Origin: Patescibacteria group bacterium
GTDB lineage: Bacteria; Patescibacteriota; Minisyncoccia; Portnoybacterales; UBA2143
DNA length: 64,000 nucleotides
Direction of reading: 5' to 3'
NCBI GenBank assembly: GCA_018830295.1
Contig: JAHJSM010000001.1
Coordinates: 321,980 to 385,979 of the forward strand
The notes under the pieces: generated by a model
Told to the model about the DNA's origin: nothing
The model's input: only the letters and a program-made list of their open reading frames with translations
Database searches by the model: none
Position numbers and translations under genes: made by a program
Shown: one piece after another, positions 54,828 to 64,000 of the stretch
Layout: every line of letters starts with the position of its first letter
How positions within the stretch are numbered: the first letter of the stretch is position 1

Positions 54828-56543
54828 ATGAAGAATTTGGAATTGTCTCAAATTTTTTATAGCATCTCCGACTTGCTTGAAATGCAGGGGTTGCCTTTTC
54901 GCGCGATTGCTTTTGCCCGCGTCGCTCGCGTTTTGGAATTTTTGGAAAAAGACATAGAGGAAATTTATCGCGAGGGCGGGATAAAAGCGTTAATGGATAT
55001 TCCCGGCGTTGGCGAGGGGATCGCCCGACGAATGGAGGAGTTTGTTAAAACAGGCGAGGTTAAGGATTATCAAAAACTTAAGAGGAAATGTCCGGTTGAT
55101 TTGGAAGGATTAAGAGCCGTTGAAGGGCTCGGCTCTAAAAGAATAAAAATTCTTTACGAAAAATTAAAAGTTAAAAATTTAAAGGATTTAAAAAAGGCGG
55201 CCCAAGCGGGGAAGATAGGAAAATTGGAGGGCTTTGGCGCCAAAAGCGAAAAAAATATCTTGCAGGCGATTGATTTCGCGGCGGAGGGCAAAGGGAGATT
55301 TTTGCTTGGTTTGGTTTTGCCGAGGGTTAGGCGAATTATTGGCGAACTTGGAAAACTTCCTCAAATTAGCAGAGTTAGCATGGCTGGTTCAATTAGGCGG
55401 ATGAAAGAAACGGTGGGTGATGTTGATATTCTCGCGACTTCATCAAAACCAAAGGAAGTTATGGATTTTTTCATAGGAATGCCGGGGATAACCAAGGTTT
55501 GGGCGAAAGGCCCGACAAAATCGTCAATTCGTTTTAGAGACGGGTTGGATTGTGATTTGCGAATTGTGGGAAAAGAAAGTTTTGGCGCGGCTTTGCAGTA
55601 TTTCACGGGAAGCAAAGAGCATAATATTTTAACTAGACGAATTGCTAGAAAAAAAGGGCTGAAATTAAACGAATACGGAGTTTACAAGGGAGAGAGAAAA
55701 ATAGCGGGCGAGACAGAGGAAGGGGTTTACGAAGCAATTGGCTTTCCATATATCGCGCCGGAATTAAGGACAAACACGGGCGAAATTGAAGCGGCTTTAT
55801 CAGGTAAATTGCCGAAGTTGGTTAATCTCGGTGACATCAGAGGAGATTGCCATTGTCACACCAATTGGAGCGACGGCTCGCAGACAATTGAAGAAGCGGC
55901 AAAAATCGCTCAAAAAATGGGTTATCAATATCTAGCGATTACTGACCACGCCGGTTTTTTGAAAATAGCTGGCGCGTTGGATGAGAAAAAACTTCTCAAA
56001 CAAATGGCGGTAATAGATAAAATCAACAAACGGCTTTCAGGGATTAAAATTTTGAAAGGATGCGAGGTTGATATTAAAAAAGACGGCGAATTGGCGATTA
56101 AAGATGAGGTCTTGGCGAAGGCCGACTTGGTCTTGGCGGCCGTTCATTCAAATTTCAAAATGACGAAAAGGGATATGACAAAACGGCTGGTTAACGCGAT
56201 TAAAAATCCGTTTGTCAATATTATTACCCATCCAACAGGCAGAGTTATCCGCAAAAGAGAGGAATACAGTTTTGATTTTGACGCGGTCTTCAAAACGGCG
56301 CGTGAAAACAAAACTGCCTTAGAAGTCAACGCTCATTTCAAGCGATTGGACTTAAGGGATATCTATATTAGAAAGGCGACCGACGCGGGAGTTAAATTGG
56401 TCATCAATACAGACGCGCACAATTCCGTGGAATTTTCAATGATGGAATTCGGCGTTGCGACCGCTCGTCGCGGTTGGGCTGAAAAAAAAGACATCCTCAA
56501 CACCCGCTCGGCAGATAAACTTTTAGAATATTTTAATAAATAA
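54828..56543 (+). CDS. polX: DNA polymerase X family protein (Pol beta-like NTase domain + C-terminal PHP phosphoesterase domain)
   Basis: HhH motifs (IPGVGEGIARRM; GLGSKRIKIL), GSIRRMKETVGDVDIL NTase motif, PHP domain CHCHTNWSDG…TDHAG. Confidence 0.8.
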   Translation: MKNLELSQIFYSISDLLEMQGLPFRAIAFARVARVLEFLEKDIEEIYREGGIKALMDIPGVGEGIARRMEEFVKTGEVKDYQKLKRKCPVDLEGLRAVEGLGSKRIKILYEKLKVKNLKDLKKAAQAGKIGKLEGFGAKSEKNILQAIDFAAEGKGRFLLGLVLPRVRRIIGELGKLPQISRVSMAGSIRRMKETVGDVDILATSSKPKEVMDFFIGMPGITKVWAKGPTKSSIRFRDGLDCDLRIVGKESFGAALQYFTGSKEHNILTRRIARKKGLKLNEYGVYKGERKIAGETEEGVYEAIGFPYIAPELRTNTGEIEAALSGKLPKLVNLGDIRGDCHCHTNWSDGSQTIEEAAKIAQKMGYQYLAITDHAGFLKIAGALDEKKLLKQMAVIDKINKRLSGIKILKGCEVDIKKDGELAIKDEVLAKADLVLAAVHSNFKMTKRDMTKRLVNAIKNPFVNIITHPTGRVIRKREEYSFDFDAVFKTARENKTALEVNAHFKRLDLRDIYIRKATDAGVKLVINTDAHNSVEFSMMEFGVATARRGWAEKKDILNTRSADKLLEYFNK

Positions 56544-56912
56544 ATGAATAAAAAGATTAAGAAATGGGGGTTGGTTTTTTTGTGGGCTGGTTTGATTTTC
56601 TTTTTGTCGCATCAGCCGGGGTTGAAGTCGGGTCTGCCTAATGAGTGGGATTTTGTTTTGCGCAAGTTGGCTCATATTTCGGAGTATTTTGTTTTGACGC
56701 TTCTTTTAATTAACGCTTTGAAAGAGCATTGTTTGAGCAAAAAGAAAATTATTGTTTTTGCCGTTTTGCTTGCTTTCGCTTATGCCTGTTCTGATGAATA
56801 TCATCAAACATTTATTAACGCCCGCGAAGGAGCGGCACGCGATGTTTTAATAGACAGCGGTGGGATATTGCTTGCTTCATATTTTTTGGACGGAAAAAGA
56901 AAAAAATGGTAG
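56544..56912 (+). CDS. VanZ-like family membrane protein
   Basis: 122 aa, 3-4 TM, RKLAHISEYFVLTLLL…DEYHQTFI…DVLIDSGGILLA. Confidence 0.6.
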   Translation: MNKKIKKWGLVFLWAGLIFFLSHQPGLKSGLPNEWDFVLRKLAHISEYFVLTLLLINALKEHCLSKKKIIVFAVLLAFAYACSDEYHQTFINAREGAARDVLIDSGGILLASYFLDGKRKKW

Positions 56913-56921
56913 AATAGCATT

Positions 56922-57947
56922 ATGTTTGATTTTTCGAAAAAAATGGCTTTTGGATTAGACTTGAGCGATCGGTCTCTTAAGATTATTCAATTTAAAAAAC
57001 AAAAAGGCGAGTTTTCTTTGTCTGGCTTTGCTACGCAAGATATTCCGAGTGGCCTTATCCAGAACGGAGAAATCAAAAAAGAAAAAGAATTAGCCAGTGT
57101 TTTAAAAAGCGCGCTAGCGGAAGCGAAAAAGAGAGGAGTGACTGGCAATCGGGTTGTTTGTAATTTGCCGGAAGAAAAAGTTTTTATTCGCGTTATTCAA
57201 TTGCCTCGAATGAAAGAGGAAGAAATAGCGCAGGCGATCCGATGGGAAGTGGAAGCGCATATCCCCATGAGTATTAACGAGGTCTATATGGATTGGCAAG
57301 TAATAGAGCCGATAGTTGTGTCTTCTAAACATATTGATGTTCTGATCGCCGCCGCTCCGCGCGATTTAGTTGATAGTTATTCAAGTTTTCTAAAAAGAGG
57401 CGGGCTTCATCCAATTGCTTTGGAGCCGGAATCAGTCGCCGTTGTCAGAAGTTTAATTAAATCAAAAGATCACAAGCCGTCCGTTATTATTGACTTGGGG
57501 GCGACGGGAACCAACTGCGTGGTTTTCGCGGCTGAAGCGATTCGTTTTACTTCTCATATCCGCGCTTCAGGACGGCTTTTTACCGAAGCGATAGAGAAGG
57601 ACTTAAAGGTTAGCGAGAAAGAAGCTAATCAATTAAAGATTAAAATTGGGTTAGACAAAACAAAGAAGCAAGGCAAAGTTTATCGCGCCTTAAAACCAAT
57701 TGTTAACGATCTTGCTAAGCAAATTAGCGAATATATTGATTTCTATGAAGAAAATAAGGTCGCGCAGATTATACTTTGCGGAGGCGATTCACTTTTAATC
57801 AATCTTCCCTTTGAACTTGAGAGCGCGCTTAAGATTCCAGTTAAATTAGGCAATCCGTTGGAAGGGATTTTGGAAAAAATTGTTTTGCCTAAAAAGGAAA
57901 TTCTTGCCTATAATACGGCTATAGGATTGGCTTTAGGAAATTATTAA
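56922..57947 (+). CDS. pilM: Type IV pilus assembly protein PilM (actin-like ATPase fold)
   Basis: FGLDLSDRSLKIIQFKKQKGEF…, VIIDLGATGTN…, ILCGGDSLLINL. Confidence 0.8.
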   Translation: MFDFSKKMAFGLDLSDRSLKIIQFKKQKGEFSLSGFATQDIPSGLIQNGEIKKEKELASVLKSALAEAKKRGVTGNRVVCNLPEEKVFIRVIQLPRMKEEEIAQAIRWEVEAHIPMSINEVYMDWQVIEPIVVSSKHIDVLIAAAPRDLVDSYSSFLKRGGLHPIALEPESVAVVRSLIKSKDHKPSVIIDLGATGTNCVVFAAEAIRFTSHIRASGRLFTEAIEKDLKVSEKEANQLKIKIGLDKTKKQGKVYRALKPIVNDLAKQISEYIDFYEENKVAQIILCGGDSLLINLPFELESALKIPVKLGNPLEGILEKIVLPKKEILAYNTAIGLALGNY

Positions 57948-57951
57948 ATAA

Positions 57952-58491
57952 ATGATTAAACTTAATCTTTTATCACCCGAAGAAAAAAAAGAAGCTCAAT
58001 TAACTAATTTTATTCATTGGTTAGCGTTTTTAGTCGTTCCGATTTCCGCCTTTTTAATAGTTTTTATTCTATTTTTACTTGGTTCTTTTTTCTCGCTTTC
58101 CATAATGCTCAAAGCGCAAGATGAGGCGATAGTACTTCAAAGGAGCGATTCGAGGACGCAGGAATTGCTTAAGATTGAGGAAAGAATTCAAAAAACAAAC
58201 AAAATTCTTGACCAAATTTATCTTAAACAAAACAAAATGGTTTCTTGGACGCTCGCGCTAATAGAAATATCGGAAATTATGCCAGACGCGGCGCGCCTTA
58301 ATAATTTCTCTTATCGGAAAAGCGACAATACGCTTAATTTAATTGGCTGGGCGGCGGAACGAAAAGACATTTTATCGCTAGAGGAGTCCTTGAAAGAAAG
58401 TTCTCTTTTTGACCAAGTCAATTCTCCTTTATCTAATTTGATTAAACAGGAGAATGTAGATTTTAGTTTTACATTTAAGCCGATTCAATGA
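57952..58491 (+). CDS. pilN: PilN-like type IV pilus inner-membrane component
   Basis: Short cytoplasmic N-terminus, single TM (WLAFLVVPISAFLIVFILFLLG), coiled-coil periplasmic domain; position after pilM. Confidence 0.5.
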   Translation: MIKLNLLSPEEKKEAQLTNFIHWLAFLVVPISAFLIVFILFLLGSFFSLSIMLKAQDEAIVLQRSDSRTQELLKIEERIQKTNKILDQIYLKQNKMVSWTLALIEISEIMPDAARLNNFSYRKSDNTLNLIGWAAERKDILSLEESLKESSLFDQVNSPLSNLIKQENVDFSFTFKPIQ

Positions 58492-59027
58492 TAACCTTTT
58501 TCCAAAAAAAAATTATATTTATGATTGCTTTGGGGATCATTATTCTCGCGCTTGTTTTTGTTTCGGTAATTTATCCTTTGGTCAATAAAATCGCGGATTA
58601 TTCTTATCGGTATTTATCAAACAAAGAGATTCTATCTGGTCTGAGCAAAAGAGAATCCCTCGCTAAGGAATTGCGGAATGATTTTCAAGAAAAGCAGGAT
58701 GCTTTATCAAGAATTGAAGGCGCGCTTCTTGGAGCGGAAGAAACAGTTGGTTTTATATCCACGATTGAAAGCATCGCGCAAGAAACAGGCAACCTCTTTG
58801 AAATAAAAACAGCCAGTCCGTCGCTCCTGACTTCCGAAGGAGAGCCGTTTCTTTTTTTGAGCGTTGTTCTTTGGGGCGATTTTTCGGAACTGTTGAATTT
58901 TATCGCTAACATAGAAGATAGTCCTTATCCGCCTTATCGTTTAATGGAAATTGAAGGGATAAATATTAAAAGATTATTAGAGGGGGATATAGAGACCAAT
59001 TTAGAAATTAAAATTTATACGAAATGA
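58488..59027 (+). CDS. pilO: PilO-like type IV pilus inner-membrane component
   Basis: Single TM then coiled coil; coupled (4-nt overlap) to pilN-like gene. Confidence 0.45.
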   Translation: MITFFQKKIIFMIALGIIILALVFVSVIYPLVNKIADYSYRYLSNKEILSGLSKRESLAKELRNDFQEKQDALSRIEGALLGAEETVGFISTIESIAQETGNLFEIKTASPSLLTSEGEPFLFLSVVLWGDFSELLNFIANIEDSPYPPYRLMEIEGINIKRLLEGDIETNLEIKIYTK

Positions 59028-59293
59028 CGAAAATTTCAATTGAAAAAACGCATATTTTTTTGGAGAAATATTGCTGCTGGATTTTGGGAGCGATTTTAAT
59101 TTCACTTCTTTTTTGTAACGCCTTTATTTATTATAAATATATCTATTTGGCGACCACGGCCGAAATTACTTTAACGATTGAGAAAACGGTCGTTAACGAA
59201 GAAATGTTGAATGAGGTTTTGAGGGAAATAGAAAATAGGGAAGAGACCCTTATCCGAGTCCAAACAAGTAAATACGCCGACCCGTTTAATTAA
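59024..59293 (+). CDS. Small single-TM protein (PilP-position gene)
   Basis: 89 aa, one TM helix, coupled to pilO-like gene. Confidence 0.3.
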   Translation: MTKISIEKTHIFLEKYCCWILGAILISLLFCNAFIYYKYIYLATTAEITLTIEKTVVNEEMLNEVLREIENREETLIRVQTSKYADPFN

Positions 59294-59361
59294 AATGCGG
59301 GGGGGCTGCCCCCTAATTTCTTTACTTTTCTGTGTTTTTCGTTATAATACCACAGCTAAAT

Positions 59362-59434
59362 GTCCCCGTAGCTCAACGGACAGAGCGACGGTTTTCTAAA
59401 CCGCAGGTTGCAGGTTCGATTCCTGCCGGGGGCA
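59362..59434 (+). tRNA. tRNA-Arg (anticodon TCT)
   Basis: Acceptor GTCCCCG/CGGGGGC, anticodon loop TTTCTAA, T-arm GCAGG TTCGATT CCTGC. Confidence 0.65.
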
Positions 59435-59476
59435 CGCGTTTTTTGTCCAAAATTTATTTTGGCAACAAAAAACAGC

Positions 59477-59511
59477 GCCCCGACGGATGTCGGGGCTTCC
59501 AAATGTTTTTT
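59477..59511 (+). terminator. Hairpin + T-run between tRNAs (family D: GCCCCGAC-ggat-GTCGGGGC)
   Basis: 8-bp GC stem followed by TTCCAAATGTTTTTTT; may be terminator or processing signal. Confidence 0.35.
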
Positions 59512-59514
59512 TAT

Positions 59515-59586
59515 GGCGGCTATAGTTTAGTGGTAAAACTCCTCTTTGTGGAAGAGGTATCGAGAGTTCGATTCTCTCTAGCCGCC
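59515..59586 (+). tRNA. tRNA-His (anticodon GTG) with genome-encoded G-1
   Basis: Extra 5-prime G pairs with discriminator C73; anticodon loop TTGTGGA; CCA end not encoded. Confidence 0.7.
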
Positions 59587-59670
59587 CAGTATTAGATTGA
59601 CAGAAGATAAAAAGTAGTTTATCTTTATTTTAGGTTTTATCTTAAGGGCCTCCTTGCGGAGGTTTTATAT

Positions 59671-61458
59671 ATGGAAATTAGAAACATTGCTATTATCGCC
59701 CATGTTGACCATGGGAAGACGGCTATTACCGACGCTTTGATGCGGCAGACGGGGATGGTTGGCGACGAATCGGTTGGAATGGATAGCGACACCCTTGAAC
59801 AGGAAAGGGGAATTACGATTTATTCCAAAAACGCGTCGCTTTTCTACAAAGACACGAAAATCAATATCGTTGACACGCCAGGACACGCCGATTTTGGGTC
59901 GGAGGTTGAACGCGTGCTTCGGTCCATTGACTCAGTTCTTTTAGTTGTAGACGCGCAGGAAGGTCCGATGCCTCAAACCAAGTTTGTTTTGAAAAAGTCA
60001 TTGGAACTTGGGCTGAAACCGATTGTCATTTTGAATAAAATTGACAAACCCGCCGCAAACCCCGCCCTTGCGCACGAGCAGGTCTTGGAACTTTTTATGG
60101 ATCTTGGCGCGAATGAAGAGCAACTAAACTTTAAGGTTATTTACGCCATTGGTCGGGATGGAATTGCCAAGAGAAATTTAGAGGACGAATCAAAGGATTT
60201 AACTCCTCTTTTAGATATGATTTTAGAGGAGGTTCCGGCGGCGCTGTCTGATACATCGCTTCCTTTTAGAATGCAGCCGTTTAACTTGGCTTATGACGAT
60301 TTTTTGGGGCGGCTTGCGATCGGGAGAATTTACGAGGGAGTGATTAAGCCGGGCTCGAAAGTGATTGTTAAAAAACCGAACGGCGAAACGCGACACGCGT
60401 CAATTACGAGAATTAACACATTTCAAGGGATAGAAAGAAAAGAAACCGAGGAGGCCGTCGCGGGGGATATTGTTATGATCGCGGGCATCCCCGACATCTA
60501 TATTGGAGAAACGATTTGCGCCAATGTTGACCAAGAGCCGCTTCCAGCGATTGTTGTGGACGAGCCGACTATCTCCGCGAATTTTTTAGTTAACAATTCT
60601 CCTTTCGCGGGCCGAGAAGGAAAATTCGTAACAACGCGTCATATTAAAGAACGGTTGGAAAAAGAATTGGAAGTTAATGTCGGCTTAAGAGTTGATTTTT
60701 CCGCGAATGATATTTTTCGGGTCTTTGGAAGAGGAGAAATGCATTTGGCGATTCTTCTTGAAAATATGCGTCGCGAAGGATACGAACTTCAGATTTCTCA
60801 ACCGCAAGTTATTATTAAAGTAGAAGACAGAGTTAAAAAAGAGCCATTTGAAGAAGTTATTATTGATGTTCCAGATGAGTTTTTGGGGACAATCATTGAG
60901 AATATGTCAAAGCGGAAAGGTATGATGCGGGAGATGAAATCAGAAAACGGAAATACGCGGCTGATTTTTGAAGCTCCGACTCGCGGAATTCTTGGCTACA
61001 GAAACGAGTTTGTTATTATCACGAAAGGAGAGGGAATTTTATGCTCGCGCGCGCTTGAATTCAGGCCATACGCGGGGGAGATTGAAAAAAGAAGCGTTGG
61101 TTCAATGGTTTCTATGGCGACAGGAAAGGCGCTTGGCTTTTCTCTTTTTAACCTGCAAAGTCGAGGCGCTATTTATATTGACCCCAATATTGAGGTTTAT
61201 GAAGGAATGGTCATCGGAAACACTTCCAAAGGAGAATCTTTATCTGTTAATCCGACTAAGGGAAAAAATTTAACAAATGTGCGCGCTTCCGGTTCGGACG
61301 ACGCCTTAAAACTTGTCCCTCCTTTGAAATTGACTTTAGAAAGAGGAATGGAAATTATGTCGGAAGACGAGTATTTGGAAATAACGCCCAAAAGCATCCG
61401 CCTTCGAAAAAAATTCCTCACAGGAATTGAAAGAACAAGAGCGAAGAGGAAAAGTTAA
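59671..61458 (+). CDS. typA: Translational GTPase TypA/BipA
   Basis: [19 protein letters not shown] (G1), DTPGHADF (G3), NKID (G4); 595 aa with EF-G-like domains but shorter than EF-G. Confidence 0.85.
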   Translation: MEIRNIAIIAHVDHGKTAITDALMRQTGMVGDESVGMDSDTLEQERGITIYSKNASLFYKDTKINIVDTPGHADFGSEVERVLRSIDSVLLVVDAQEGPMPQTKFVLKKSLELGLKPIVILNKIDKPAANPALAHEQVLELFMDLGANEEQLNFKVIYAIGRDGIAKRNLEDESKDLTPLLDMILEEVPAALSDTSLPFRMQPFNLAYDDFLGRLAIGRIYEGVIKPGSKVIVKKPNGETRHASITRINTFQGIERKETEEAVAGDIVMIAGIPDIYIGETICANVDQEPLPAIVVDEPTISANFLVNNSPFAGREGKFVTTRHIKERLEKELEVNVGLRVDFSANDIFRVFGRGEMHLAILLENMRREGYELQISQPQVIIKVEDRVKKEPFEEVIIDVPDEFLGTIIENMSKRKGMMREMKSENGNTRLIFEAPTRGILGYRNEFVIITKGEGILCSRALEFRPYAGEIEKRSVGSMVSMATGKALGFSLFNLQSRGAIYIDPNIEVYEGMVIGNTSKGESLSVNPTKGKNLTNVRASGSDDALKLVPPLKLTLERGMEIMSEDEYLEITPKSIRLRKKFLTGIERTRAKRKS

Positions 61459-61504
61459 TTGAAGATTTGACATTGTTGATATAATTTGATAACTTGTTTA
61501 AGTA

Positions 61505-61966
61505 ATGCCTACGATTCATCAATTAATTAAGAGGCCGAGGAAGACGGCGAAGAGGAAACCAAAAGCCCCGGCTCTTTGGAAAAGTTTTAATTCGCTTAAG
61601 AATAAGCCGAGCACTATTTCGTCTCCGTTTAAACGGGGTGTTTGTGTTCAAGTTAAAACGATGACGCCGAAGAAGCCGAACTCGGCTATGCGAAAAGTGG
61701 CGAGAGTTCGTCTGACTAATGGAATGGAAGTGACTGCGTATATTCCTGGCGAGGGACACAAGTTACAAGAACACTCGGTTGTTTTAATCAGAGGCGGACG
61801 GGCGAAGGATTTGCCCGGAGTTCGTTATCGTGTCGTGAGAGGTGTTTTAGATACTGGAGGCGTGGAAGGGCGAAGGCAAAAGAGAAGCCGTTACGGAGCG
61901 AAGAGACCAAAGGCCGGAGCTCCCGCAAAGGGAGGAGAAGCGGCGGCCGCGCCAGCGGAGGAATAA
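61505..61966 (+). CDS. rpsL: 30S ribosomal protein S12 with internal insertion and Ala-rich C-terminal extension
   Basis: MPTIHQL…KRGVC…[60 protein letters not shown]; 153 aa versus about 124 usual. Confidence 0.9.
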   Translation: MPTIHQLIKRPRKTAKRKPKAPALWKSFNSLKNKPSTISSPFKRGVCVQVKTMTPKKPNSAMRKVARVRLTNGMEVTAYIPGEGHKLQEHSVVLIRGGRAKDLPGVRYRVVRGVLDTGGVEGRRQKRSRYGAKRPKAGAPAKGGEAAAAPAEE

Positions 61967-61971
61967 AATAT

Positions 61972-62442
61972 ATGCGTAGAAAAAGAAACATAAAAAGAGA
62001 AATTAATCCTGACCCTAAATATGGGAATGCTTTGGTTGCTAAGTTTATTTCTTATCTAATGAAAGATGGAAAAAAATCTATCGCGCAGAGTATTTTTTAC
62101 GGCGCGTTTGATATTATTAAAGAAAAAGTAAAAGACAAAGACCCTTTGGATGTTTTTGACCAAGCGATTAAAAACGCTTCTCCCGAAGTTGAAGTGAGAA
62201 CGAAACGGGTTGGAGGCGCGCGCTATCAAGTGCCGCGCGAAGTGCGAGGGGAGAGGAAAATCGCTTTGGCCTCAAGATGGCTTATTGGTTCGGCTAAAAA
62301 GAAAAAAGGCAAACCAATGGCGGAAAAACTTGCTGAAGAATTAATGGAAGCGGCGAGGAATGAAGGCGTTGCTGTAGGCAAGAAGCAAGAAACGCACAAA
62401 ATAGCCGACGCCAATAAGGCCTTCGCTCATTTTAGATGGTAG
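61972..62442 (+). CDS. rpsG: 30S ribosomal protein S7
   Basis: Conserved S7 core VEVRTKRVGGARYQVPREVRGERKIALASRWLI…; rpsL-rpsG-fusA order. Confidence 0.9.
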   Translation: MRRKRNIKREINPDPKYGNALVAKFISYLMKDGKKSIAQSIFYGAFDIIKEKVKDKDPLDVFDQAIKNASPEVEVRTKRVGGARYQVPREVRGERKIALASRWLIGSAKKKKGKPMAEKLAEELMEAARNEGVAVGKKQETHKIADANKAFAHFRW

Positions 62443-62460
62443 TTTTTTGATTTATTTTTA

Positions 62461-64000
62461 TGCGAGAGTATCCAATTGAAAAAGTTAGAGATATTGGCAT
62501 TATTGCCCATATCGACGCCGGGAAAACGACCGTATCCGAACGGATTCTTTTTTATACTGGAATTTCTCATAAAATTGGAGAGGTTCACGAAGGCGAAGCG
62601 ATTATGGACTGGATGGAGCAAGAAAGAGAAAGAGGAATTACGATTACTTCGGCGGCAACGACTTGTTTTTGGAATCCGAGAGAATATTTTGCTGGCGGAG
62701 AAAAGAAAAATAAATATCAAATTAATATCATTGATACTCCCGGACACATTGATTTTACCGTTGAAGTCCAGCGTTCTTTAAGAGTTCTTGACGGGGCGGT
62801 GGTTGTTTTTGATGGAGTAGCTGGAGTTGAGCCGCAGTCAGAAACCGTTTGGCGGCAAGCGGACAAATTTAATGTGCCGCGAATTTGTTTTGTTAATAAA
62901 CTTGATAGAATGGGAGGGAATTTTGAAACGAGTTTGCGCTCGATTTGGGAGCGGCTTACGCCTCACGCGATTGCGATGCAACTTCCTATTGGTTCCGAGG
63001 AAAATCTTGAGGGCGTGATTGATTTAATTAAAATGAAGGCGTTTAAGTTCGTCGGCAAGAGCGGAGAGGAAGTGACTGAAGAAGAAATTCCAGAGGACTT
63101 GAAAGAGAAAAGCGCGGAATACAGAAACAAAATGGTTGAAAAAATTGTTGAGCAAGAAGACGCTTTAATGGAAAAGTATTTAGGCGGAGAAGAAATTGGA
63201 GAAGATGATTTAAGACGCGTTTTACGGAAGGCGGTTATTGGATATAAATTAGTTCCTGTTTTTTGCGGTTCGGCTTTGAAGAATAAGGGGGTTCAACTTT
63301 TACTTGACGCGGTTGTTGATTACTTGCCGTCTCCGGCTGATTTGCCGCCGGTTGAAGGGTTTGATATGAGGGACGAAGAAAAAATGATGACCCGAGAGAA
63401 CAAAGACGAGGAGCCATTTGCCGCTTTGGCTTTTAAGATGGCGACTGATCCGTTTGTTGGACAGTTGGCTTATGTCCGCGTCTATTCGGGTATTTTAACG
63501 AGCGGTTCGTATGTTCTTAATTCAATTACAGACAAAAAAGAAAGAATTGGGCGGATTTTAATGATGCATTCCAATAAAAGAGAAGAGGTTAAAGAAGTTT
63601 ACGCTGGTGGCATTGCTGCTGTTGTTGGGTTGAAAAGCACGACCACGGGCGATACTTTGACTGATCCCGACCACCCAATTGTTTTGGAGAAAATTACTTT
63701 CCCTGAACCAGTTATTTCTATCGCGATTGAACCAAAGACTAAAGCAGACCAAGAAAAGATGGGCTTTGCATTGAAGAAATTAGCCGATGAAGATCCGACT
63801 TTCAGAATTAAGGGCGATATTGAGACAGGACAGACAATTATTTCAGGAATGGGTGAATTACATTTAGAAGTTCTTGTTGATAGAATGATGCGAGAATTTG
63901 GCGTTGACGCGAATGTCGGGCAACCGCAGGTTGCGTACAAAGAAACAGTCAAAAAACCTGCCAAAGCGGAAGGGAAATATGTTCGCCAAACGGGCGGACG
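62461..64000 (+). CDS. fusA: Elongation factor G (3-prime end beyond window)
   Basis: [30 protein letters not shown]…[29 protein letters not shown]…NKLDR; absent from ORF track because no stop in window; a listed ORF at 62476 is the wrong frame; insertion [21 protein letters not shown] relative to canonical EF-G. Confidence 0.9.

Noticed and set aside
62476-62781. 101-aa ORF at the start of the fusA region
   Set aside because: It is the wrong reading frame. Frame 62461 encodes a canonical EF-G G domain and continues to the window end.
1-64000. rRNA genes or rRNA fragments
   Set aside because: No stretch with rRNA-like conserved motifs or long ORF-free GC-balanced segments was seen. The longest non-coding stretches (27.05-27.6 kb, 44.4-44.9 kb) are repeat- or hairpin-rich and AT-rich.

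Overview
This 64 kb window is low-GC with densely packed, short genes. It looks like a Patescibacteria/CPR-type chromosome; that assignment is inferred from gene content, the Gram-positive-like secretion genes, S12/EF-G/NusA insertions and FemAB/Mur/O-antigen-ligase-like envelope genes, not from any search. Main content: (1) At 1-3.3 kb, a Wzx/MOP-type flippase fragment and two Wzy_C (O-antigen-ligase/PglL-like) membrane proteins. (2) At 3.3-13.8 kb, a minus-strand type IV secretion-like cluster: VirB4/TraC-like ATPase, VirB6/TrbL-like polytopic protein, PrgI/VirB3-like small membrane proteins, a VirB2/TrbC-like pilin candidate, a 638-aa Cys-rich secreted protein, a membrane protein with thrombospondin-type-3 Ca-binding repeats and a TolB-like beta-propeller. 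No relaxase or VirD4 is visible. A TraX-family gene lies 2 kb downstream. (3) At 19.5-27 kb, a type IV pilus operon (histidine kinase, CheY-like regulator, PilB, PilC, three prepilin-type proteins, a large pilus-associated protein), with pilM/pilN/pilO-like genes at 56.9-59.3 kb. (4) Housekeeping genes: ksgA, uvrD/pcrA, hup, ymdB, rny, nusA, a trxB-like reductase lacking CxxC, malic enzyme, CCA-adding enzyme, rpsO, pnp, rpsT, ruvA, femAB-like, a Mur ligase, polX, yidD, typA/bipA, rpsL, rpsG and partial fusA. (5) Ten tRNAs and a HicB-HicA toxin-antitoxin pair beside a tRNA pair. (6) Four families of short palindromic or MITE-like repeats, several inserted in frame into essential genes (ksgA, Mur ligase, uvrD, an O-antigen-ligase-like gene), which recalls Rickettsia palindromic elements. 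(7) A small island at 44.4-46.3 kb carrying a structured non-coding region and a transmembrane/coiled-coil protein fused to an Mrr-like PD-(D/E)xK nuclease domain, bracketed by repeat elements. No rRNA and no CRISPR array are present.
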